DNA of 64,000 bases from Nemertoderma westbladi (taxonomy: Eukaryota > Animalia > Xenacoelomorpha), in assembly GCA_032718475.1 (NCBI GenBank), contig JAUCBJ010007477.1, positions 76,933 through 140,932 of the forward strand, in the 5' to 3' direction. Shown piece by piece: positions 37,566 to 50,231 of the stretch. Each line of letters starts with the position of its first letter. Position 1 is the first letter of the stretch. The notes beneath the pieces are model-generated. The model searched no databases, had not been told where the DNA came from, and saw only the letters and a program-made list of their open reading frames with translations. A program made the translations under genes and the position numbers.

Positions 37566-39062
37566 TTGTGGGACGGTTGTAAGTATTTGGCTACCATTAT
37601 GTACATTTTGGCTAGCAAACTTGACAATAATACGACTGACAATGCATTATTGAAAGACATCTGTATCCGTAATGCTATTGTAAATGTATCGCCACACCTG
37701 ATTACTTTCCCCTCCGATGACAATTTTTTTTATTTCCATGTATATGGGTGTATATTTAACGACTCAAAAAGGAGTTACGGATACATTTTAGAATTAGTGC
37801 TGGACCCACTTAGCAATAAATATATTGTATTCATGGATGACCTTTGTCGAGCTATCACGGATACAGATATTCTAGAAAGCAATGAAGATTGCGACCTCAT
37901 AATGCTTGGGTTAGAAGTCCATTCGAATGCTCAGCTGAAAAAACTGACAACATTAAATTGCGAGAAAACGAGCATTGTTTTAAGCCAGTATGAACCCGGA
38001 TACGACACGGTCCAAATAACTCTGGAACGTACCCCTTAGAACAGTTGGGCCGCTGGCAGTCTCTACGGCCATTTTAGATTGTGGGAAATATTGACCACGG
38101 GTTTGGGCTATACTACAGATGGACGGAATATATGTGGCACGGAAACAATTCCGATGTGGGCTGGGAATGCACGGGACTTCGATGGGCAATTACCTCTAAC
38201 AGGCTCGGATTGCATGGATAAAATAAAAGAATGGAGTTTAGAGGCCATTAGAGATCGTGTTTCAAATAATATCTATGTTTTGGGTTTAAGCACCATAGAC
38301 CGCATTATAAACAATATTACCATGGTTGAATGGATATATCTTTTTACAGAACATAGCAGAACACAGTAGAACACAGCAGAACACAATAGAATACAGGCGG
38401 AACATAGGCGAACACAGCTGTAATTAAAATCTACACCAAAAAATAACACACTTTGGAAAGTACCGGATTTAATCATACAACTGTAAGATGTCAATTACAT
38501 ATTTAAATTAAATGGCGGTTTTCCATATCCTCCAAAATAAATTACTTCTCATTATCCTGTAACCATGGAGAGTTGGTTAGTTCTACAGCAGTACAGTACC
38601 GGTAGCTGAGTAGGCCTACATCAGTACATTGGTAATATACTCTACACTGTGCCCGGTAATTGCCGGTAAATGCCTACATCTGTCTGTCTGTACAATGTAC
38701 AGTCTGTCAGTCTGTACATGTCTCTACAGCACTAGGCCTACTGCAGTACTGGAACAGGCTGACAGGCAGACAGCTGGACTAGTAACAGGTACAGGCCTAA
38801 CCGAACAGCTGATCGGGCAACTCTGATCAGGTAATTTATTTTGGAGGATATGGAAAACCGCCATTTAATTTAAATATGTAATTGACATCTTACAGTTGTA
38901 TGATTAAGTCCGGTACTTTCCCAAGTGTGTTATTTTTTGGTGTAGATTTTAATTACAGCTGTGTTCGCCTATGTTCCGCCTGTATTCTATTGTGTTCTGC
39001 TGTGTTCTACTGTGTTCTGCTGTGTTCTGTAAAAAGAACTATCCTGGTTGAATTGGATTAAT
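37566..39062 (+). pseudogene. Unknown accessory gene (~260 aa) with one in-frame stop and a MITE near its 3' end
   Basis: ORFs 37566-38039 and 38079-38369 share a frame; removing the MITE restores ..TMVELD*. Confidence 0.45.
38332..39044. mobile_element. Mutator/MULE-like MITE
   Basis: ~210 bp TIRs starting GGATA; 9-bp TSD TGGTTGAAT at 38323-38331 and 39045-39053. Confidence 0.85.
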
Positions 39063-39400
39063 ATCTTTGGCCTCTGGTGAAGGTGTTTTTATTTGTGCTT
39101 TATGTTAGAATTAGATTAATATCTTTGGCCTTTGGTGAATGTGGTTTTTTTTTTTTTATTTGTACTTCATGTTTATTTATAAATATTTACTTTCAACAAC
39201 TAATATAGTATAATATCCATATAAATATCATTATAAATATTTCACCAATACACCAATAACTACAACAACAACAACAACGACAAGTTATATATGTAATTGT
39301 AATATAATTGTTAAATATATATTCCCGACCTAAAATAAATTATTTTATTAATAACAGTCCATAAACCCATTTCAATAATAATAAATCATTATAATTTAGA

Positions 39401-40405
39401 TTATTGGAAGTGATTTTCACCGAAGTTGGGTCTATAAGGGTAGCCATGTACCACCTTCAAATCAACATTCAATTCCCCATAGTTTAAGTTGAAATGATTG
39501 AAATTTAGCGGATTGCTACCCAATTCTCCATTAAAGCTGGCATTAGTGAGCATGCCCAACAGAATATATTTCGGTAACCTCCCTTGAATTATACTTGAGT
39601 GAGTATAACTTGACTGCCCACCCGCTATTGTGAAGGTCTTCACATCTCGCTTCAATAAGTTATATATAAAGTCATTTTTCTGTGAACCTACAAGATGCGC
39701 TCGTGCCACTTCGTTATCGATTTTATGGCGTTTTATCTTTAGATTGATGGCCATTATTTCTACTATCGCATTTGTTAATCCGGCAGGAGGCTCAACCTTC
39801 AGGAAAAAATTATTCGACACGCGGTCCATACGAATTCGAGCAGAAATTCCAGGTGGCAGAAGTTTATCCTGAGCAGCCAAATCCATAAAGAGTGGCACAA
39901 TGACGAATTTGATAAAGAGTGGCGCAATGACGAATTTGATATAATTCCCACGGATGTTGTTGTCAGTGCCAACAGGGACACCACCCTGGTTATTCTCATT
40001 ATTCTCATAGCCACCAGCCCTCAAGATGACACTTTTTTCATTTGCATCTGTCAGTAGCAATGTTTGAAATATAGACTTATAAGCATAGAACCCATTCGAG
40101 GTTTCGACAAGTTTTTCGTTTAAATATAAAGAGCAATTTTCAAAGAGTGTGCCACCAGGATAATTGAGATGGTGGAGGATAGTATTGTCATTAGCTCTAT
40201 CACCGTCCCAGGTAATTTTATATTTGATGTGGAATTTGGAATTTTTCAAATCTGTATAAAGAATGTTTGATTCGGGTACAAAAAATTCGATTTGGCACGC
40301 ATTTGCGTCGAGAGTAGAAATCGGGTAAATGTCCAACCAGTGTGAAGATGTGTATTCTCTTTGATTAGCTTTACTCAAAAATAAAGATAATTCTCTTTTG
40401 CTCAT
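39401..40405 (-). pseudogene. Major capsid protein of a divergent Polinton subfamily, 3' truncated
   Basis: Homologous to but clearly diverged from 54332-55582; lacks the last ~90 aa. Confidence 0.85.
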
Positions 40406-40428
40406 AGTTTCAGTTTTATTTTCATTTA

Positions 40429-40781
40429 TTATGCAAATACATCATTGCAATGATTATTTCGCTTTTTACGCCTAACATTCATACCCACAGTTGGGTGTCG
40501 CCGTTTGCCCCCCTTCTTTTTTTTAGTTGCTGGCTTGTTGAATTCGTCGTATACGCGCTGGGCAATTCTACGCGTCTTAGGCCTCATACGGCCCGCCGCT
40601 TTATTCAACAAATCATCCGCTTTGCGACGCAAGAAACGTTTACCTTCGGGAATTATATATTTTCGTGCTGCTTTTGCCACTTTTGGAAGTGCTTTAGTTA
40701 GTACTTTACGTCCTAACTTACGGGCTAATAATCCAAGCCCAGTTGTAAGCATTCCTTTTCCCCGCTGTTTATTGGCTCGCC
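40429..40781 (-). pseudogene. Basic core protein-like gene, 5' end cut by a Polinton terminus
   Basis: QRGKGMLTTGLG...; homology stops at the AGTAGT at 40782. Confidence 0.7.
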
Positions 40782-41330
40782 AGTAGTATGATAAACAACT
40801 TAAATAAAACAGCGTCTGCCATAGTCTACCATGTTAAAGAATTTCCCGAATGGCTCTTGCCCCGCCTACTTACTATGATTACCATTGTGTCACCCCACCC
40901 ACTTACTATGGTTACCATTGTGCATATGTAACATATGTCACCACTGTGTATATGTGACATATGTGGTATAAGGCCAGTCCGCAGACGGAAGTAATTTAAT
41001 TAATTTGTTTCTACCAGTTGGTGTTTGACCTTGAACCGCAATAGGTAAAACCCAATATAGTAAATGTGTTGCAGACGTTTGTTATATATTCTTTAACATG
41101 ATTTCGTGATTTGATGAAAAAATGGGGCGAGCCATGAAGCCTTAGCATATGGGTTAAAGTTATAGTATTTATAATATTATTTTAATTTGATTATTCTACC
41201 TATGGGGCGAGCCATGAAGTGAGTGATAGCATCGAAGTAAGGAAGGTTATTGTATTTATAATATCATTATTTTAATTTGATCATTTACTTAAATCCGTCA
41301 CCGCTTTATTTAAAGATTTCTCCCACCACC

Positions 41331-41771
41331 TTACCCGCTTATCCCGCTATCACCATCCGCCCAATCTTCTTCCTGATCCTCAGCATCATTACCACCACCA
41401 CCATCACCCAACATCTCCATCATTCCTTCCAACATATTGATTCTCTCCTCCATCGCTTTCTCCCGCGCACATCTCTCCGCCTCCCGCACTCTCCTATCCC
41501 CCTCCGCCTCCATTTCTAATGTCCAATCTTCTCCCCACGCGCTGTTCTTCCTTGCCTCTTCCTCCAAATAATGTTTTTTTTCTATCTCCTCCCACTCATT
41601 CCTTGGATTTAACAATCTTTCTAGCCGCGCTTCTTCTCTCTCCCTCACATACATCGCTACCAATATCTCTTCGTTCTCCTTCGCTACATCCTCATCTTCC
41701 TCCTCTTCCTCCACATCCATATCCACTTCATCCACCGCAAGCTCATTTTCTCCCAACATATTCACATTCAT
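41331..41771 (-). CDS. Acidic Trp-containing accessory protein, intact
   Basis: 146 aa; WGEDWTLEM; ends EEDWADGDSGISG. Confidence 0.65.
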   Translation of the reverse strand: MNVNMLGENELAVDEVDMDVEEEEEDEDVAKENEEILVAMYVREREEARLERLLNPRNEWEEIEKKHYLEEEARKNSAWGEDWTLEMEAEGDRRVREAERCAREKAMEERINMLEGMMEMLGDGGGGNDAEDQEEDWADGDSGISG

Positions 41772-42384
41772 TCATAATAATAATAATGTATAATACTATA
41801 AATAAATAAATTTATATAATATTTATTTCAATCGATAATTCATTATACCAACAAATAATTTACCACCACAAAATAATAATAATAATAATTTAACCGTGTC
41901 CGGCTCGTTGCAGCGACACTGCCTACGAACATGGTCTATTTATATAATAAAGTTTCTACCGCTCGAGAACGAAGCTTGTTATGTTAAAGTTCTTTTACTG
42001 GTATCGGTGGCGTGTGGTTCAGTGATTCGATAATGCAAGAGGCATTCCCTGCCTGTACACAGATGCCGAGGCGCTGGTTATTATAATAATTGTCGAAATT
42101 ATTACTTACATTAATTTTCAGTAGGTGGCGGTATATATATAGGCACTATCGGTGAGTTGTCTTATCACCGTCCGGCGCCAACATAAATTTTAATTGCTAA
42201 TAACTCGGTTATACAGTGATTTGATGAAAAAATAGGATGAGCCATGAATTGAACGAAGCCTTAGAATATGGGTACCCACGCGGCGCGGAGTGAGCAAAGC
42301 CTTTAGCGTGTGGGTACTATTGTTGAATTTTGGCAATTATTTATTGTTATTATATTAATTGTTGAAATTAAATTATTACTTACA

Positions 42385-42838
42385 TTAATGTTGGGTGGGA
42401 GGCGGCGTTCTTGTTTCCCCCACCATTCTTGGGGGGCAGGCACAAGTCGGGCGGACTACCCCACCAACAATTCTACATGGCTCCGCAGGGACTACCCCTT
42501 CTTGCGGCGGATCCGGGGGGAACCACGGCGATAAGCCACGACCACGCCCTCGGGGCTGCCTATTTGGAAATACCGCGGCAATAGGCCTAAGAGGCCTACC
42601 AATCGCCGGATAAAAATTGATAGGCCTATACAACGTTGCCATCGGCGTATTAGGCCTTCTAAGGGGTTCGGGTTCAATGGTACCCCCGCGACTCCCCACA
42701 CCGTAAGTTTGGGGCACCCTACCGGAAACAGGTACTTGTTGGATGGCGGCTGGATGGACGGGATTGTTGTTGGTGGCAACGCTCCGAGACTGATTTATTA
42801 TCACTGCCTGTAGCCATTATATGTTTTAGTTTATAATA
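42385..42838 (-). pseudogene. Small Pro/Arg-rich subterminal protein (QQVPVSGRVPQT N-part plus CxCP..TPPPT C-part)
   Basis: Shares modules with 30757-30948, 47787-48163 and 52958-53239. Confidence 0.45.
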
Positions 42839-43440
42839 ATTTAATAATGTAACTTTATAATAATTTAATAATGTAATTAATAATAAAGTGAATTCGGTAT
42901 CGCTATTCCCGATGTTAATATAGTAAATAAACTATAACAGAACTAGCTAATTTTTTGGTAAGGCTAATTATCTATGCTTCGTATATGGCTTATTTCTTCT
43001 TTTGTGAAACCGCCCGCATATGCGAGTAAATTGAACCCAGACCTTTGATTGTCGTTAGAGCGTTTAATTATTGTCTAATGCGCGTAGCATGGATTGAGAT
43101 TCTGGCCTTTGTGTTAACCACATAGGTTGGGCGGCAGATGCTTGTTATATAACGGAAAGAGTTGGGTCCCAATGTGCTCTATACCAATTATTATTATTCC
43201 AGTTTTACCAGCCGCCCACACGTTAAAGTTGCGGGGTTTCTGTGATTGGCGATGAAAATTAAAAACGAATAGTGCGGCGTGAAGACCCCAACCCGCGTCA
43301 CTTGTCGTGTCCCATATATTTATTAAAAATATTGCTATTACTATATACCCAAGAAATAAATATTTATTATTAATTAATATTAACGCTAATAATATGTTCA
43401 CGCACTGCAATTGAATATACCCATAACCGAAATAAATAAA

Positions 43441-43883
43441 TTATTTTATTAATGAAAGTGTCCACAGTAATAACAATAAATCATTGTACCGCAAATTAGA
43501 GGTGAATATATTCATTGCTCCAGGATTTTTCGGCACCTCGGTTAAATAATACAGACAAAATAGACCACACTGAGTCGATTGCGGCGCTTGAAATATTTTA
43601 CGATTCCAAGTATGCCTTTGGGTATATTTATGCAACCAATATGATATTTTCGGTGGAGGAGCTTTACCAAACGAATCTAAATAATAAGCAATTCTCTTAA
43701 CCACGTGTACGCAAGACCAGTGTTGCCCTGGTAGGCCTATACGTTGATTATTAATAATAAATGAATAATTTTGTTTATGCTTATTATTTTTTTTGCGTAT
43801 ATTAGGTGTAATTGGTCGATTGCGTAAACACCGATGTATTCGGGCCCCACCGGGAATTTCGCTAATTGTATAGAGTCCAACAT
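43441..43883 (-). pseudogene. Adenain-like protease, frameshifted
   Basis: Matches 53861-54301. Confidence 0.82.
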
Positions 43884-43977
43884 CTTAGCGTGAGCGTATC
43901 ATTAAAAGTTTAAGAGAATTTTTCTAATTCCGCAGGCGGTGTGGCTTCGCTTACTTTGTACTATGCGAGATCTTTAT

Positions 43978-44471
43978 TTATTCGGTTATTATTTCCTTGG
44001 CTTCCGAAATAGATAGAAGAGCGTCATAGCTTGCCATTAATATAACGTTAATAGTGTTAACTAGCGCATTACTAAATTTCAGAATCAAATGCCCGCTTGT
44101 ATGAATACTAGGTTGAATCTCATGGCTTTGGTCGCCTCCCGCAGTAAGATCGAATACGATCAAAGGAAATTGGGTACGAAACCGTTCTGGTGTTAGCGAG
44201 CAAAATACACCGCTCAAGCTCTTGAACACATATATCGACAACTGTATACCTTTAAAATGTATGGTTATATTACCAGAGCGTGCTGTATTATCAATTATAT
44301 TAATTTGGCCTTTAATAAGGCTTTTGTTGAAGTACTCAATGATCCTTTCCAATGATAGGAAAGATCCTTCGGGGAGAGTAACATCTCTTGTAAACATTTT
44401 TTTATTTTTTATGGCCTTTATATAAATGTCGCTATTGTCATACCTGATACTAGATACGTACGTTAAACCGG
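43978..44471 (-). pseudogene. In-frame deletion fusion of minor capsid 5' part to major capsid 3' part
   Basis: Junction near 44228; N-part matches 57484-57720, C-part matches 54332-54582. Confidence 0.8.
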
Positions 44472-44475
44472 TTAA

Positions 44476-46025
44476 CCCTATTAGTACCGGGCTATAAAAT
44501 GTTGTACAAATACCGGGGAGGGGTCATATTGACCCCCCCCTCTAAAATCTACAAATATTTACGAAAACGTCTGATTTTTTGTTTGTACGTAGGTATCACT
44601 TGTCTGGATCCGACCGAAAAAAAAAAATTTCGAAAAAATGTACTGCGGTGGTTATATTGCAGCACCAAAATTACAAGTAGTGCACAATTTTCACCAAATT
44701 TGAAAGTTACATTTTCGGCTAATTATTTTTCAATACAGGTTTTCTGGGGTGCAAAATACATTGGAAAATATTAAAAAATGATATGATTACTATAAATGGC
44801 TGTTTAGTCCTCTCTGCGTAGGAAAAAAATGAAAAAAACAAGTAACCAGCACTTTTCAGTTAGAACACAAAATTTGTAATTCACTTATACGATGCTATAA
44901 ATTCACATTTTCAGGTTTTCGAGGGCGCTGATTCTAATGGAATACATTTCTAATATGCCAGATCATTGCTACTTGTATTTTTCGGCGTAATTTGGCAAAT
45001 TTTGGTGCTGGCACCAAATTTCGTACCCATCACCAAAAAGTACAAGTTTGCGATGTTCAGTGCTGTTTTATTGATTCCATCGGATTCAGGACCCTCATAA
45101 ACCCGTATAACGCAAGAAACAAGGTGATACTATCTACTTATCAATTTGCATATTTTCCGAAATTTGGTGCTGGCACAACAATTTTCACCCACCGGCGAAA
45201 AATACAAGTTTGAGAACTCTTATGAAATTTTTACTGATTCCATTGAATTCAGAACCATCACAAACCCGTATAACGCAAGAAACAAGGTGACACAATCAAT
45301 TGATATATTTGATGGTTTTCAAAATTTGGTGCTAGCACCAAATTTTGCACCCACATCCGAAAAATACAAGTTTGAGATGTCTAGATCGATAATTATATTT
45401 TCCATTGAATTCAGAACAGCCATAAACCTCTAAAACGCAAGAAATAAATTGTCACAAGCAATTTTATCTATTGAATGGATTTTCAAAATTTCGTGCTAGC
45501 ACCAAAATTTGCACACAGCACCGAAAAATACAAGTTTGATACGCTTGGTGCAACTCGTATATATTTCATCGAATCCAGAAACCCAAAAAACCCCAATTGC
45601 GTAAAAAACAAGTTTCAAACGATCAATTTACAAAATTGACTTATTTCGAAATTTGGTGCTGGCACCAAAATTTGGCACCCACCGAAAAAAACAGGTTTGA
45701 AATTTCTAAATCAATTTATATGAATTCCATCAAATTTCTAACACCAAAAAACCGGTGTAAATCAAAAATAGAGATGTTACAATCATATTTAATGAAATGT
45801 AATTTTCAAAAAACGTCTCAAAAAAAGTGCCAAAAGTAGGGTTAAAAAATGGTGCTATAACTCGAAAAGTACCCAATATTTTTGAAAACGGTTTTCACTA
45901 CTAGGAAGACAATAGATTTTTAGGAAAAGTCATAAAATTTCAGATTCCCAACTGCGTTTGTTTCAGAATTATAATAAAAAAACCACGGGGGGGGTCATAT
46001 TGACCCCCCCCCGGGTTTAATAGGG
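44476..46025. mobile_element. Non-autonomous piggyBac-like element
   Basis: CCCTATT...AATAGGG ends, TTAA TSD (44472-44475 and 46026-46029), empty site near 57725; internal ~165 bp tandem repeats. Confidence 0.88.
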
Positions 46026-46472
46026 TTAAACCTATTAACCATTGCCCTTTAGCGAAAGGTAAAGGAATTTGCAAATTTGTTTGGAAATCGCTGGCGCTAT
46101 TACGTGGGAATTCTATGGGGTTTGCGTTTGAGGGTAGTACAACGTAATAACTGTTCATTCTTGTAGTTTTTGTCGCCGTTGTTGTTTTTTGAGTTCTAGA
46201 ACTAAAATTGTTTTACCTCCATGAAAGACTATATGCTTTCCTTTATGGTCGCGAAGCGTTATACTAATTGTATCGAGCACTTTTTTATTTCTTAATTGTT
46301 TGTAATGTGTGTTTTTGAATTCCAGGTTGATGAATGAGTATGGTTCCCATTTCAAAGGGATTATCCGCAAAAGAGGCGCCATCGAATGTCCTACGTGAGA
46401 AGATTCAATCATATCTGTATATATAAACATTGTGTGTCTATCCCTCGTTATATCGCAAGGTTCGGGGAATTC
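46026..46472 (-). pseudogene. Minor capsid 1 5' end and minor capsid 2 3' end
   Basis: Matches 57725-58170. Confidence 0.82.
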
Positions 46473-46979
46473 GTTGTCCTCCTGAGATTCCACAATAAAA
46501 TACTTGCTGTGAACGACGGTGCAAGTATATTTATTGTAAGTAAATTTCCAGCTATTTGTTGCTCCAGTTTTTTGCGTTAAGGCCATAATAATAAATACGA
46601 AAAATATTACAAGTGATAAATTTTAAACCGTATCGCTGTAATAAATTGACACGACATGTTTGGATTTACCAATAACCGATATGATACCTAAAAACACTGA
46701 ACGGTATATTGTAATAAAAAAAATGTAGATCGTACTTTATTGATAACATATAGTCAAGAATAGTGAAATATAATATTTTGTATTTTTAGGTATCACATTT
46801 ATTATTGTAAACCCCAACTTGATTGAGTCAATTTATTACCATGAATATTAAAAGTGATGAATTTTAATAAAAACAAATTACAAGTGATGAATTTTAATAA
46901 AAACATTCAGTTATATATAATTTCTGAGTATAACACGTAAGCAACAAATACTGTATGTAGCATAGTCAACGACGAATAA

Positions 46980-47603
46980 GAAAAGAGATGGGATGCAATG
47001 TGGATAAATGGTTGGTTGGTTGGTTGGTTGGTTGCATGGATAGGAAATACGTGAAAGAATATGAAACATAGGGTTGTGCGTAATAATAATCAATAATTAT
47101 AATATGGCACAGATGCTGAGGGATCGGTTAGGATGAGTAACTACTATGGAAATGCGAGAACGTGTAGTTGACGCGTGGCGGAATTTCATGTATCATACTG
47201 GCTGGTTGGTTGGTTTGTTGGTTTGGCGACAGCAGTCGAGGAGTTGGCAATCGATATAATATAATATATAATATCGAGGGAGGGTATATGCGTGATGCGT
47301 GTAGATGGCCACGTCGTCGTTGTCGTCACCATATACAGTATACAGTGGTGGTAGCGTGGCGGTGGTGGTGGTAACGTGGCGAAAAGGTGAATAACATTAG
47401 GGTTAGTTAGTCAGTAGTCGAGTAAGGCGGGCATCGCAAGGTTAGGCTACGCTACGATTGGTTGATGGCAACTGCCGATGGTGACATATGGCGCGCACCG
47501 TAATTTAGCACCGGAATTTGGCATTTTGTAAAGGCCTCCGAATGGAATGCCCATAGCCCAAGCTAGGGAGGACTATGGTGGGGACACTTCTTCTCCTACT
47601 ACT
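46980..47603 (-). repeat. Type-2 Polinton TIR (right-end orientation)
   Basis: Reverse complement of 26381-~26950; ends CCTACTACT. Confidence 0.8.
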
Positions 47604-48415
47604 ATAGGGTGGGCAGCAGATGCTTGGTATATAATATTAATATGTAACATGGAAAGAGTTGGGCCCACTATGGCTATGTCCAAATTTCCCGGTTTTACTG
47701 GCAAGTTGTTATTAATGGCGCCCACGCGCTAAAGACTTTGCCTCACTTGTTGCCGCGTGAAGGTCTCATGAATGCGTTTAACTTTGTTAACTCTCCACAA
47801 ACGACGCGTTATAACGAATTACGCGAAGGCTCCGCGAATGAGTTTTAAGATGGTTCTTTCGCGATGGTTCTAGCCCTCGGCCCCCCCTATTTGGCAATAC
47901 CGTGGCAATAGGCCTAATAGGCCTATCAATCATCGGATGAAAATTGATAGGTCTATACGCCGTTGCCATTGGCTTATTAGGCCTCCTAAGGGGTTCAATG
48001 GTACCTCCACGAGCCCCCTCGCAGAAAGTTTGGGGCACCCTGCCGGAAACAGGTATTTGTTGGATGGGGTCTTCTGGGTTTACTTCGCTTCATTGTTCTT
48101 GCCGCCGTCTCGCCCACAATAAAGTTGCGGCAATCTCCAACACAGGCCGTTGTTGACTCGACATTTTATTATTATGGTGTTAAACAAAGTAAACAAAGCA
48201 AATTAAACAATAAGAACGAGTTAATAAATAAAACTAAACCTGTATTTACTGGTATAGTGTAATGATCTTTTCTTCTTAATAATCTTTTTTTTAATATTTT
48301 AAATTACACATCCTCACATAAAATACATAAAATTACATAGCACCCCATTGACATGGTTGATATAGTATTCAGTACTGCAGTATGTGAGAGATATGTGATC
48401 TTAGATAACAGTAGG

Positions 48416-48990
48416 AGTAGTAGGAAGAAAGGGTTCCCCCACTAAGTCCTCCCTATGTTGGTTGTTCTATGGGACTTTGCTCGGAGGGCTATTGGAACTG
48501 AGCTATTATGCACAATTTTATTGATTTTAATGACCATCTGCCACCACCATTGATTCGATTCGTTGCATCAAACAATGATCAATATTCAACTACGCGTAGC
48601 TCAACCTCGCGATGCATGCCTAGCCCCTGTTACTCTCCCTTTCGCCTCACTACCATGACAACGACAACGACGATGAACTAATATAGTATTCTCTCATCTT
48701 TACGATAGTCAGTGTGAGTGTTATATGAGACTTGAAATCTCGCTACGCGTACACGTTGTCACATTACACAGTTAAGCGAATGCATTTCCATGGTTACTTA
48801 ACCTAATCCTATCCCATCTGTGCCATATGATGCCTATATAGATTGCTATTATACTGTACGTTTTTATTATAATTATTTATTATTATTATTATTACACACA
48901 ACCCAATGATTTTCATTTGTACTGTATTTCCCAACCAATCAACCAACCAATAAACTGTATTTAGGCTATTTCATGGTTTAAGACCTGTAT
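48416..48990 (+). repeat. Diverged type-2-like Polinton TIR
   Basis: AGTAGTAGGAAG..AGTCCTCCCTA..CGGAGGGCTATT aligns with 26381 onward. Confidence 0.65.
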
Positions 48991-49720
48991 TATTTTTGAA
49001 AATATCTTATATATAATCTCTTGCTTTAATCACAATTAATCATTTATAATGGTTTTAGTTTAAAAGTTTTTACTTTGTTTGTTTGATTTACAATAAAATA
49101 AATTAAATAATGTCTTCTGATTCCGATATGAGTATTATGGTAAACAACTTAAATGAAACAGCGTCTGCCATAGTCTACCATGTTAAAGAATTTTCCGAAC
49201 GGCTCTTGCCCCGCCTACTTACTATGATTTACCATTGTGCATATGTAACATATGTCACCACTGTGTATATGTGACATATGTGGTATAAGGCCAGTCCACA
49301 GACGGAAGTAATTTAATAATTCGTGTCTACTGGTTGGCGTTTGACCTTGAACCACAATAGATAAAACCCAATATAGTAAGTGGGTTGCTGACGTTTGTGT
49401 CTTTAACATGATAGACTATTACAGACACAACAACTAAAAAAGGTGAATAAACACAGACTAACGGTGGCTACCAATATTGCAATTAATTCTACAGTTATTG
49501 TCAAGCAATAAGTTGTGGGGGCGAGCCACAAAGTGAGAATAATGCGGTATAAGGCCAGTCCACAGATGGAAGTAATTTAATTATATCGCTAAGCAACAAC
49601 AGGTTGTGGGTTGAGCCGCGAAGTGAGTGTAAGGTTATATAGTATTTATAATATTATTTTTAATTTGATAATTATACTTAAATCCATCACCATTACTATT
49701 TTAAAATTTCTTCCACCACC

Positions 49721-50146
49721 TCACCCATTTATCCCGCTATCCTCGCTATCTACATCCTCCACATTATTACCATTACCACCGCCACCACCCAACATCTCCA
49801 ACATTCCCATCAACATCTCAATCCTTTCTTTCATCGCCATCTCCCGCGCACACCTCTCAGCCTCCCTCGTTCTCCTAACCCCCTCAGCCGCCATCTCCAA
49901 CTCCCAATCTTCTCCCCACACATTCAGGTTCTTTTTCGCCTCTTCCTCCAAATAATAATTTTTCTCTATCTCTTCCCACTCATTTCTCGGATTCAACAAT
50001 CTCTCCACCCGCGCTTCTTCTTTTTCTCTCTCGTAAATCGCCACCAGTATCATCTCATCAATTTCATCCGCTACAATCTCATTTTCCTCCTCCTCCTCCT
50101 CATCAACCTCATCCACCACAATCTCATTTTCTCCCTCCTCATCCAT
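49721..50146 (-). CDS. Acidic Trp-containing accessory protein, intact
   Basis: 141 aa; WGEDWELEM; ends DSEDSGING. Confidence 0.65.
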   Translation of the reverse strand: MDEEGENEIVVDEVDEEEEEENEIVADEIDEMILVAIYEREKEEARVERLLNPRNEWEEIEKNYYLEEEAKKNLNVWGEDWELEMAAEGVRRTREAERCAREMAMKERIEMLMGMLEMLGGGGGNGNNVEDVDSEDSGING

Positions 50147-50231
50147 GTATAATAAATAAAATAAATATGTGTATAATAATAAATGTATGATACTATAAAT
50201 AAATATATTTATATAACATTTTAATAATATT

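Larger units (their letters stand above)
35236..39400 (+). mobile_element. Type-3 Polinton-like arm: AGTAGT terminus, subterminal repeats, GTSF1-like gene, unknown gene
   Basis: AGTAGTATGGGTATAGCC begins exactly where pPolB homology stops. Tandem gccatagcccatcattgatgtcaatc and ccaataggaatg repeats at 35270-35700. Confidence 0.62.
40782..46472 (-). mobile_element. Rearranged type-1 Polinton (TIR, acidic gene, small ORFs, protease, MCP/mCP deletion fusion)
   Basis: AGTAGTATGATAAAC terminus; genes match copies A and B. Confidence 0.82.

Noticed and set aside
44980-45720. ~165 bp repeats with palindromic aaatttggtgctggcaccaaattt and short ORFs
   Set aside because: Internal tandem repeats of the piggyBac MITE; the ORFs are incidental.
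46155-46586. 143 aa ORF as a distinct capsid gene
   Set aside because: Rearrangement junction near 46472 joins an unrelated 5' segment to the mCP2 3' end.
26381-47603. A single 21 kb type-2 Polinton bounded by matching TIRs
   Set aside because: The flanking hexamers differ (GGGGCG vs ATAGGG) and the interior is a mosaic of other copies; cannot be supported as one insertion.
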